Shown here piece after piece: positions 30,449 to 39,545 of a DNA stretch of 64,000 bases. The stretch is from Bryobacterales bacterium. Its GTDB lineage: Bacteria; Acidobacteriota; Terriglobia; Bryobacterales; UBA6623. A program made the translations under genes and the position numbers. Location: assembly GCA_963422375.2 (NCBI GenBank), contig OY729428.2:480001-544000 (forward strand), given 5' to 3'. The notes beneath the pieces were generated by a model. It made no database searches and had not been told where the DNA came from. It saw nothing but the letters and a program-made list of their open reading frames with translations. Each line of letters begins with the position of its first letter. The first letter of the stretch is position 1.

Positions 30449-31696
30449 CTAGGCCCCGACAACGCCTGAAATGTCGATGAGGTGCAGTTGCCGACCGGTT
30501 CCGTCGTGCGGCGAGTCGATCACGACCTTCCTGGAGTCCGGGCTGAATCGGGGATGGTTGTCGCAGCGCCATTCGCCCCTGTACTCCGGGGGCGACAGGA
30601 AGTGGCCCAAGGGGACCCGCCGCCCGCTAGCCACTTCGTAGAGGTACGGGTGCTGGAAGCGGTCCTCGTCCGGGTAGGTGTCGTTGAGTATCCACCCGCC
30701 GCCCGGTAGGTACGTGCAGTGGCCGTTCAGCGGCATGACTGCCGGAGCCATCACCTCGACTTCCTCGGTACGGTCGCGAAACAGGTAGAACTTGCTCCCG
30801 CGAGACGGATGCCACGCCCAAGCCAGCACGTGCTCAGGGTCGCGCCAGATGAAGTGCGATGTCTTGCCGAAGGGATCGAGCACGTACGGGTCGGAGCCGT
30901 CGCTGCCGATCGTGAACATCCGCGTGCCGAAGCCCCCGGCGCTAGGATCGGGGTCGCGCCAGCGATGCAGGAATATCACGCGCGAGCCGTCGGGCGAAAC
31001 GAGCAGGTGGTTGAAATAGTGCTTCTTGCCTCCGGTGTCGCCGTGCGGATTCGGAATCGCCGCGGCCTGCGCGACCGAGATCAGCATCTCCCGCGCGCCC
31101 GAGACGAGGTCGACTCTCCAGATGCCCGTGTATTCCGGCGCCAGGACGCCGGCGTTGGGATCCGGGAGGCCGACGTAGCCGTACCCGGGCCGCGTGTCGT
31201 TCAACCGGCGGAAGTCCGCGCTGACGGCCCAGGACCCGTCCGGCCCCAAGGCGTAGACCGGTGCCGGGATCGTTCGGAGGGCCCCGCTCCTGACGTCGAG
31301 GATGCGGCTGACGTAGCCGTCTGCCTCCCGGTCGTTCCAGATGATCTCCGAATCGGAACCGGGTATCCACTGCAACATGCAGCCCTGCTGCCAGCACCAG
31401 GCAGCGCTGCTGCCGAGGTCGGTCCAGCGGTCCCCGTCCTCGATGTCGACCATGCCGATGCGGATCTCGTCGCCCGGACGGGGCGAGCGGTGCTCGAAGT
31501 CCACCTCCATCCCCAGGACCAAGCGGCTGCTCAGGTCAAACTCCAGCTTGTCGTAGTATCCGAACCAGTGGTGCTTCGGCCCGGACGTGATAGCCCGGAC
31601 CGGAGGCAGGCTCGAACCGGTCTCGCGACGGGCGCAGGCACCGGCCAGCGCGACCCCGGCCGTCCCGAGAAAGCCGCGCCGGGTGGTAGGATTCAT
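30449..31696 (-). CDS. Tat lipoprotein, beta-propeller (TolB/oligogalacturonate lyase-like)
   Basis: RRGFL...LAGAC signal; HHWFGYYDK, WQQG, SPDGSR and CDNHPRFSPD motifs. Confidence 0.7.
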   Translation of the reverse strand: MNPTTRRGFLGTAGVALAGACARRETGSSLPPVRAITSGPKHHWFGYYDKLEFDLSSRLVLGMEVDFEHRSPRPGDEIRIGMVDIEDGDRWTDLGSSAAWCWQQGCMLQWIPGSDSEIIWNDREADGYVSRILDVRSGALRTIPAPVYALGPDGSWAVSADFRRLNDTRPGYGYVGLPDPNAGVLAPEYTGIWRVDLVSGAREMLISVAQAAAIPNPHGDTGGKKHYFNHLLVSPDGSRVIFLHRWRDPDPSAGGFGTRMFTIGSDGSDPYVLDPFGKTSHFIWRDPEHVLAWAWHPSRGSKFYLFRDRTEEVEVMAPAVMPLNGHCTYLPGGGWILNDTYPDEDRFQHPYLYEVASGRRVPLGHFLSPPEYRGEWRCDNHPRFSPDSRKVVIDSPHDGTGRQLHLIDISGVVGA

Positions 31697-31794
31697 GCCT
31701 CGCACACTCTATCACTAGCTGTTCAAGCGGGACCGGGCAGCCGCCAGTTGCGCGGCTCCCCAGACCTATTGCACCGCTAGGCGGCCGTGCGCGT

Positions 31795-32541
31795 ATGCCC
31801 GAGCCCGAGCTAGACCGCCGGATCCGGATCAGGGCGATCGAGCACGTCGAAGCCTTGCAGCGGCGCTACAAGACGCTGACTTGGGACCGGATCGAGCGCG
31901 GACTCAACTTCGCCGTGGAGACCGTGCGGCTGCCCGCGCAGTCCAAGGGGATCTTCAAGCCGCGTTCAGGGACCGCGAGGAATTCGAATACGGGTTGGAG
32001 AGAGGAGGGCCGTCATCGCACGGAACGTCCTGCTGCGACACGCATGGGAGGCGGGTATCCCGACCCGCTACTTCTACCCGCTGGCCCCGGGACACTACCA
32101 GGCGATCGCACCGACCTCCGGGTGCGGTTGGGATTCGGGTCAGGGGAAGTGCCTCGTCGGAGCGGCCGAACCCAAGAGCGCCGGAGTCAGGTTGATCGAC
32201 CACAGATACCGCTGCGCGGTGTCGGGGCGGCCGGAGAGGAGCCTGCTGGACGCGGCCCATTTCGTCGAGGACGGGGACGAGACACTCGACCAGCCGGTCG
32301 CGCAGGCCGGGCTTCCGCTATCGAACACCACCACGCCGCGTACGGCAACAACCTCATCGGCAGCGATCCGGACTGTCGGGTGCATGTGTCACACAGGCTG
32401 CTGGACCTGAACGGCGGGCTCATGTTCGAGGCGCTGAAGGGCGGCGACCAAGCACGGACTCTCCTGCCGCCGCGTCCTGACGACCACCCCGAACCCAAGC
32501 GGCTCGAGCAGCGGTTCGAACGATTCAAGGCCCTAGCCTAG
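31795..32541 (+). pseudogene. Degraded HNH restriction-endonuclease-like gene
   Basis: KGIFKP in the N-terminus; YRCAVSG...LLDAAH...GLPLS in another frame; HHAAY...LIG.DPD..VHVS; frameshifts. Confidence 0.75.
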
Positions 32542-32980
32542 ATCCTGCCTCGTTTCCGGCCGGACAGTCCCGGTCCCGTACGAGCGATGGAGATGCCCAG
32601 TTCGCGGTCCGTGCCCCGGCCGGTCGTCTGCTGTTGCGATCACGCAGTCCGCACGGACAGTAGACCGCCCGTGGAAAGAGGCGATTTCTCGTTCGCCCAG
32701 CACGGATGACGTCATTCTTGTTCCAGGATTTCGATGGCGATTGGAGCCCGCAAGGTCGAGCAGATGCCAATGTCCCTCGCTCCCGAGAACCTGTCCGCCG
32801 CCTTGATCGCGCGCTTCTTCGAGAAGCTGGGCTAGGTATTGGCCAAAGCCGACTTCGACCCCGACGCTTACGTCGAGAGCATGAGCCGTCCCTTCTGCGC
32901 GGCCTTCACAGACCGGCCGTCACTGCTCCCGGGAGGTCCTTCCGACGAATGCTGCCGGGCCGCCTGATTGGGTTTGAGTC

Positions 32981-34677
32981 CAGCGGTTCTAAATTTGGCA
33001 ATCAAGGGGGTGCGTGAGCGTTGTTTCCGAGGATGAGGTGAATAAGTTGACCGAGAGGTTGCGCTCCCGAGGCCGCCCCGCGGGAGGGTCGGACGGCGGG
33101 CAGGGCCGTGGCGCGGCCCGCGTCGCGGGTCCGCGGAGTACCGAGCCCGCGGCCGGACGCACTCCGGCGGTAGCCGGCTTTGACGGCCGGCCGCTCGCCG
33201 GACGCTGGCCGGACGCTGCCAGCACGAAACTGCGCGGAGTCCAGGCCCCGGCCGCCTGGCAGCCCGGAGGCGCGCGTCCGTCGCGCAACGCCGCCAGCAG
33301 CGTCGGCCGGTCCGGGAAGCGGAACCAGCGCAGCGCGACCTGCAGCTCCCGGAACAGGGCGCGGCGCGTGACCGGCTTGCGCCGGCACTGCTGCCGCAGC
33401 GCGCAGACGCACTGCACCACAGCGTGGAGCGCGAAGGCGAACAGGTTCGGCACGGCCGGCACGTTGGCCAGCCCTTCCTTGCCGTGCCCGAAGTTGCGCT
33501 TGACGTTGCGGCCGCGCCGCGCCAGGCAGTTGAAGCCCTCGTTTGAAGCCCTCGTTCTCGATCTTCCAGCGCGCCCGGCCGGCCCGCGCGATCCGCTCCG
33601 CGTTGTCCGCGGTGACCGCGAGACCGGTGAAGAAGCTGTTGGCGTAGGTGCGCTTGCCGTCGCGCTCCACGGCGTACTCGAGCCAAGTGCCCTGCAGGGC
33701 GTCGCGGCCCTTGCGCAGGGGCACTGCGGCCGTCCGGCGGAAACGGTGCCGCTCGGACCGCTTGCCCTTCCCGCGCCGCTCGCCCGCCGGCTCTCCGGCA
33801 CCTCGTACAAGTGCTTGTGGGATCCGGGCTTGCATACCCGGACGCAGTCCATGCCGGCCGCCGCGGCGGCCTCGCAGAGCGGCTGGCAGCAGTACAGGTC
33901 GTCGCCCGGCAGGACGGGGCGGCAGGCCTGCAGCCAGGCGCCCTGAGCGGCGAGCCAGCGCTTGGCGGCGTTGCGCTCGCAGTCCCGCTTGCGCTCGTCC
34001 TCGCTCATGTCGGCGCGGGTCGCGGCCGCGTCCTGCTGCGGGCGCACGAACTCGGGCATCAGCGGCAGGACGGTGGCGTGGCCGTCGGCCATGGTGTGGA
34101 AGTGATGCGGCCGGCGCTCGCGGCCGACGCGCCGCACCGAGCAGTGCGGGCAATGCACCCTGTCGGAGCGGTGGAACCGGACGCCGTCCGGAGCCGCCGG
34201 CAGGCGCTCGTCGAGGCGCTGGAAGGGCGCGAGCGCGCCCTGCGCGGCCACGGTTGCGAGGCACGGCCGGAACAGCGGGTCCAACGCGGCCGGGTCGAGG
34301 TCGTCGAGCAAGTTGCGGATCCGCTTGTCGCAGGGGATGCGGCCCACGCCGCACAGGGTCCGGCAGTTGGAGCGCGAGCCGTCCCGCTCCATGCGCCGCT
34401 GGAACGCGAGCAACGACTCGCACCGGGTGCAGAAGCAGGCCGGGGCGCACCAGGGCGCAACCGGCGGCGTCGCTGACCGCGTAGCGCTTGTTGCGACCGT
34501 CGCGCCGGTCGGGCCGGCCGGCGGCCGTCTCGCGGCAGGCGCTCAGCAGCGAGTCCAGGACATGGGGCATTCACCCTAGCTCACGCATTCCGCTAGCAAA
34601 AGTCAAGTGCCAGACTGCCTGCGACACCTTTCTCAGACACTCTGGAAATCCCCAAATGCCCAAATTGAGAATCGCTG
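32981..34677 (-). mobile_element. ISNCY-type IS with multiply frameshifted DDE transposase
   Basis: Inverted repeats CAGCG(G/A)TTCT(A/C)AATTTGG at both ends; KRDCERNAAKRWL, GDDLY, GRARWKIENEGF and NFGHG motifs spread over frames; no target duplication seen. Confidence 0.85.
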
Positions 34678-35080
34678 CCTTCTTCAATGACGATTCATCG
34701 GACAATCGTTCTGCCTCGGCGCGTTGGGCGTTGAGTTCGAGGAGGCGACTAAGAACCTCGTCGCGTACGTCGTCTGGCCATCGGTAACGGCACGGCCGCT
34801 TCCTGTCGCCCCACTCCTCCTCGTCGATTTCATGGTCAAGCAGAAATTCGCACTCAGCTAGGATGTCGCTCCAGCCATAGGCATCCAGCACCGCACGATC
34901 CATCTCCGCGTGAAGGTCGCGGAGGCGTCGAACGGCGGGAGCACCTTCATGCGGATCGTGAAAACGGTTGTAGGTCTTGGTCAGACCTTCTTGATTGCTG
35001 GCCATGAGCGCGGCGCGGAATTCGTAATGGGTCTTGCCGATTCGCCCAATCGCCGCATGCTCCTCCCAGTTGCTTGGAAC
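34678..35080 (-). pseudogene. C-terminal fragment of an Eco57I/Type IIG-like DNA methyltransferase
   Basis: EGLTKTYNRFHDP...LHAEMDRAVLDAYGW...YRWPDDVRDEVLSRLLELN; truncated on both sides. Confidence 0.75.
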
Positions 35081-35249
35081 TGCGCAATGCCGCGCGCGGC
35101 CGACGGGCCCGCCTTCTGCGCACCAGGCGGGGGTCGCATTCGCAATCCACCTCGCGCAGGACTCTCGACGGTGGCAGCATGGTTTCGCCCAAGTACCCGG
35201 CGACCGCCCCGAGTGGCCACGCACGGTGCGCTCTCAGGCCAGTTGATGG

Positions 35250-35797
35250 GACGGACAGGTGGAGAACCGCATCAAGGAACCGCAGCTCGACCTGTTCGCC
35301 GACCGGACCTCGTGCACGAAGTGGTGGGCGAACCAGTACCGGGTGCTGCTCGCGGCGCTCGCCTACACCCTGCTCGAGACGATGCGCCGCACGGTGCTTC
35401 GCGGGACGGCCTTGGCCCGGGCGCAATGCCGAACGATCCGACTACGGCTTCTGAAGGCCGGTGCGGTGATCACCCGAAACACCCGCACCGTTGCCGTGAG
35501 GCTGTCCAGCGCCTGCCCCGACGAAGCGGTGTTCCGGCTCCTGGTGCACCGACTCACCGCTGGATAGCCCGCTCCGAGCGGGCGGTCGCGAAAATACCCG
35601 GCCCCGGGTCCACCCCGGACCGTCACCCTACGCCCGATGACGCCGCCGAGACCCCAAAACGCTCTCCGACCACCGTCTCAACCGCTCCGAAGTCCCCTCC
35701 GAGGCCATCCTCACCCAATCCCCCGCTCCAATAGGCGCCGCAAAAGGCGCCATTGCGTCCGAACAACGAAACAAACCGCCTTCATGAAATAACCGGG
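35250..35797 (+). mobile_element. IS1380-family 3' remnant
   Basis: ENRIKE..LDLFADRTS...ANQ...TIRLRLLK; terminal ATGAAATAACCGGG followed by CTAG. Confidence 0.8.
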
Positions 35798-36098
35798 CTA
35801 GGGTCGGCCGGACGCACGTATCGCCTTCCTGACGACTCGGTTCTCGTCTCTCGCCTCTGAAATCCCGACTGCAGGGTTGAGTGCGTGAAGCACCGCGTTC
35901 ATGGGAGAACCTCCATGGTTGATTGGAACCAAGGTCGGACCGCCGCCACGTGAGACACTCGACCTCGCTAACTCGATGGAGAATGGCGTCTTTATTCCCT
36001 CGATGTGTTCGCGGATGTGCGGGTAGATTTCCTTGCTCGGGTCCTCAATCAAGGAGGCGAACTCGAGAATAGCGATGCAGGCCATTTGCCTACAGCAG

Positions 36099-36310
36099 TC
36101 ACGCGTTCCGACGCTTCCGGATATCTGCAAGGAAATCGGCAAGCATGTCGATATCGGTCTTGAGTTCCGGAGGGTCGGGCACAGGAGCCCGCGCGGCAGG
36201 CGCCTCGTCGTGCCCGCGGAGCCACCTCGAGCATTTCGTCATTGCCGACTCCACAGCTCTGCAGTCGTCTTGAGTGATGTCCTGGAGCAAGGCGACCTGC
36301 TGCGTCTAGA
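36099..36310 (-). pseudogene. C-terminal fragment of a probable AAA/ABC-type ATPase of defence loci
   Basis: DIT.DDC.AVESAMTKCS.WL.GHD.APAA...P.P.ELK.DI tail, recognised from memory only. Confidence 0.45.
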
Positions 36311-36481
36311 TCTCCGCCTGAGGTGTGGGTGTAGCCGAACGCGAGAAAAAGATGTGCTACATAAATCGTATCGTGAATTGGCGCAAGAGGGACGACGTCC
36401 CTCTCATGCTCGGTATCGAATCTGGCCTCGGGAAACAGTTGCGAGGGCTCGTCGGTCGTCCAAGTCAGCCATGCGCGCGCC

Positions 36482-36766
36482 TCATCCGTCGGCCCGCACC
36501 AAGCCCACGGTGAGCCGCGTGCCGGTCGCTTTGGCGTAGCGGCGCAGCGTGGCGAAAGACGGCGATACCCGGCCGCCCTCCAGCCGCGCGACTGCGGACT
36601 GGGTCGTGCCGAGCCGCCGGGCAAGCTCCGCCTGCGTCAGCTTCGCCGCCGTGCGGGCGCGGACCAGCGCCTCGACCAGCGCATACTCTTCGTCGACGCG
36701 CGCGTATTCCTCCCGGAACTCGGGGTCCTCCATGAAGCGCGCCTTCAAGTCCTTCAGCTTCGTCAT
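36482..36766 (-). CDS. XRE-family HTH antitoxin (HigA-like)
   Basis: LTQAELARRLGTTQSAVARLEGG; 4-bp overlap with the toxin gene. Confidence 0.9.
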   Translation of the reverse strand: MTKLKDLKARFMEDPEFREEYARVDEEYALVEALVRARTAAKLTQAELARRLGTTQSAVARLEGGRVSPSFATLRRYAKATGTRLTVGLVRADG

Positions 36767-37086
36767 GTCATCACCTCTCTCATCCGCTCCCGGGCGGTCG
36801 CGAGCGCACGGCGCGGCGTCTTGCGCGACTTCTTCGCGAAGACGTGCAGCACAACCACCCGCCGTTCGGCCGCCGTCACGTAGATGCCCCGGACGATGCC
36901 CCCTTCGGCCCTGACCCGCAGTTCCCAGAGCTTGCCGTCGAGATGCCTGACATGTGGTGCGCGAAGCGCCTCCAGGCCGACATTCTCCACCGTTTCCAGC
37001 AGCCGGATCAGCCGGGCGCGCAGCGCCACGGGCAAAGCCGCCATTTCGAAATCGACGGCCGAGACGGTTTCGACCGTCCAGCCCAT
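36763..37086 (-). CDS. RelE/HigB-superfamily toxin (Gp49-like)
   Basis: PHVRHLDGKLWELRV...VVLHVFAKKSRKTP; lies upstream of the HTH antitoxin. Confidence 0.88.
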   Translation of the reverse strand: MGWTVETVSAVDFEMAALPVALRARLIRLLETVENVGLEALRAPHVRHLDGKLWELRVRAEGGIVRGIYVTAAERRVVVLHVFAKKSRKTPRRALATARERMREVMT

Positions 37087-37090
37087 ACCC

Positions 37091-37121
37091 ATCATATAGC
37101 GCATCCGCTATAGACCTGCAA
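37091..37121 (-). promoter_or_regulatory. TA promoter with palindromic operator
   Basis: TATAGCG-catc-CGCTATA (37095-37112) overlaps the spacer and -10 between TTGCAG and TATATGAT on the minus strand. Confidence 0.6.
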
Positions 37122-37122
37122 G

Positions 37123-37283
37123 TGAACCGTGTCGGGAATTCCGGAGACTGTTTCTATGAGTCACGCGGCCAGCGCCGTGTGCTCGGTGTGGCGATAGTAC
37201 GCCGCTTCGGCCTCGGCCGGAGGCCGGTCTCCGATCGGCTCGAGGATCCGGCGGTTGTTGAACCAATCGACCCACTCGAGGGT
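37123..37283 (-). mobile_element. IS3-family 3' remnant (IS51-like)
   Basis: TLEWVDWFNNRR..EPIG..PPAEAEAAYY tail; terminal repeat TGAACCGTGTCGGGAATTCCGGAG. Confidence 0.8.
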
Positions 37284-37808
37284 TGGGGTGGCTCCGGAAA
37301 ATCGGACAGGTCGCTAAGGTTTATTCCGTCGTGTGACGGAGGAATGCCGATGAGCAGTAAACGCCGCCGATTTTCGGGGGAGCAGAAGGCGAAGATCGCT
37401 CTGGAGGCGCTTCGGGGCGGTCGGCGCTTCAGGAGATTGCCCCGCAATATCAGGTCCATCCGAACCAGGTTGGCGCCTGGAAGCGCCAGGCGGTCGAAGG
37501 CTTGGCCGAAGTGTTCTCGAAGGGCGCCGAGCGGCGGGCGATGGTGGTGCGCGGCCACCCGGCGCTGAGCCTGAGCCGGCAATGCCGCCTGCTGTCGATC
37601 GGGCGCTCTTCGCTCTACTACGAGCCGAAGGGCGAAAACGCCGAGACGCTGGCGCTGATGCGGCGGATCGAGGAGCTGTTCCTGAAGTATCCGTTTTACG
37701 GCGCCCGGCAGATGGTTCGGCATCTGCGCCGCGAGCGCGAGGGGGTGCGGATCGGGCGCCGCCGGGCGGCTCGGCTGATGCGCCTTCTGGGCCTTCAGGC
37801 AGTCTATG
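37284..37808 (+). mobile_element. IS3-family 5' remnant with internal deletions
   Basis: TG-starting terminal repeat; OrfA MSSKRRRFSGEQKAKIALEAL; OrfB LSLSRQCRLL...PFYGARQM. Confidence 0.82.
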
Positions 37809-37819
37809 GCCGACCCGTC

Positions 37820-38435
37820 CATCTTGGTGCCGTCACTTGGTGCCGTCGACGCTGACGGTGCCGACCTTGAGCACGTTCACTTCGCGCGCCAGCAGCAGCA
37901 CCTACAGGAAGCACTCGGCCACGGCGTCGAAGTTGTCGAAGTTCTCGCGCCGGAACTTGGCGATGGTGTCGTGGTGGTGTCGTGGTCGGGGTGCAGGTTG
38001 GCGGCCACGAAGCGCACGCCGATGTCGCGGTAGGTGGCGCGCTCGATGCGGCGCGAGGAGAAGATGCCGCTGGCGTAGCAGTAGATCAGCAGGGCGAGCA
38101 TCATGCGCGGCTCGTACTGCGCCGAGCCGGTGCCGCGCTCGTTGACGCGGAAGCGCTGGAAGTCGACATGGTCGACATGGTCGACATGGTCGACCGCCTC
38201 GATGACGAAATGGGCGAGGTCGTCGGAGGGGACCCAGTCGCTCATGTCGACGGGCACCAGGAAGGGCTGCTCGCGGTCGCAAGGCACGAACTTCGTCATG
38301 AATCTATATTATAGCTGTCAGAGAATCGTGAAGTCGATGCTCGTACTTCCCGCCAATTACACGGGATCCTAGATTATTGGGAAGACACGCAGGGCGGATT
38401 CAAGACCAGCCGGGGCCCTAAGTCCGACAGGCTGC
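37820..38435 (-). mobile_element. IS1182-family 5' remnant
   Basis: YEPRMMLALLIYCYASGIFSSRRIER...HPDHDT...VSVDGTK; end sequence AAGTCCGACAGGCTGCTAG. Confidence 0.82.
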
Positions 38436-38549
38436 TAGGCTGTCGATTGGACGGTCATGCTGATTTTCCTTACGAGATTTAGGCTATCGACTTCGCGAAT
38501 TCGAGTCAGCCCTCAAGGTTGCATAGTCGCTGAATGGAGGATGTAGATA

Positions 38550-38804
38550 GTGCCTGTGACAAAACTCGTATTCCCTTGATAACAAAGGCGTTAGGTCCAA
38601 TCTCTCAAGGCGAAAATTTCACTGGAATGCTACGACTAGTCCGAAATCCTGCCAATTCTGGGTAGAGCGCGGAAATCTTCGCGATTGGCGGCTGAGCAAC
38701 TTCCGACCTTGGGCCCTATATGTTGTGTTTGGAGATCCATCCGACATCAGGATGTAGTATGAAATGCTGATCAGGCCAGAATTCAGGAGTTTTGTCACAA
38801 GCAC
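38550..38804. mobile_element. MITE (255 bp) related to the ISDol1-like IS
   Basis: 18-bp inverted repeats GTGC(C/T)TGTGACAAAACTC; 6-bp direct repeat TAGATA (38544-38549, 38805-38810); no transposase. Confidence 0.85.
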
Positions 38805-38992
38805 TAGATATACGACCATATGGTGATCGTATCCTCACCTGCTGGATTGATTCGACATGCAACAGTGGCGGCTGCGGCTCCTTCTGTGCCTGACGAGGGT
38901 CGCGGCAGCATTTCTACGCCTCGGAGCGCCGGACGCTGCGGCGACTCTAGTCTATGGAACACCATCAGATCAGAGTCAGGCTTCGGCCCAAT

Positions 38993-39538
38993 CTATCCAG
39001 CAGCTCCCTGGGAATGCGACCCGTGCGTGCATCCCGGAAACTCGTCGATCGCCGTGTTGCCCGTGTAGCCGAGGTCGTCGTGAATCCCGACCTGCGACGT
39101 GTAGTATCCCTCGATGGTCGCCCGCTTGAGAACAGCGAAGAATCGCTCGGTCTCGCTCGCGGGATGCTCTTCGTTGCTGGCCATCCGGGCCATGATCGCG
39201 TCTTGCTGCGTCGCGTCGCACGCCGCAAAGTCGCGATCGTAGCACTCCTTCGCGAGCTCCGCGACGGCGAGGAGGCCCGCTCGAAAGCTCTCTCGGACCG
39301 GCTCGGCGGCATCGGCAACCATCACGTCGATGTACCTCGCCACGCGGGCGGCTCGCGCGCCGGCTGAATGCTCGTCGCTCGGCAGGATCGCTTCGGTCAG
39401 CGAATCCAGCGCTTCGAGTTCCCCGCGGGAGAAGAACTCGGGCTCGTAGCCGCCTTGCGTGCATGCGAGCTGCACCAAGCCGTTGGTAGCAGGCAGGACT
39501 CCCGCCGTGACGAGCTTCAGCAGAGTTCGACGCTCCAT
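38993..39538 (-). CDS. Gluconate 2-dehydrogenase subunit 3 family protein
   Basis: Tat signal RRTLLK; ILP...GA, TIEGYYTS..G motifs; adjacent to the GMC gene. Confidence 0.85.
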   Translation of the reverse strand: MERRTLLKLVTAGVLPATNGLVQLACTQGGYEPEFFSRGELEALDSLTEAILPSDEHSAGARAARVARYIDVMVADAAEPVRESFRAGLLAVAELAKECYDRDFAACDATQQDAIMARMASNEEHPASETERFFAVLKRATIEGYYTSQVGIHDDLGYTGNTAIDEFPGCTHGSHSQGAAG

Positions 39539-39545
39539 GCAGCGC

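Noticed and set aside
35081..35250. Possible additional IS end between the methyltransferase fragment and IS1380
   Set aside because: No partner inverted repeat or recognisable coding sequence
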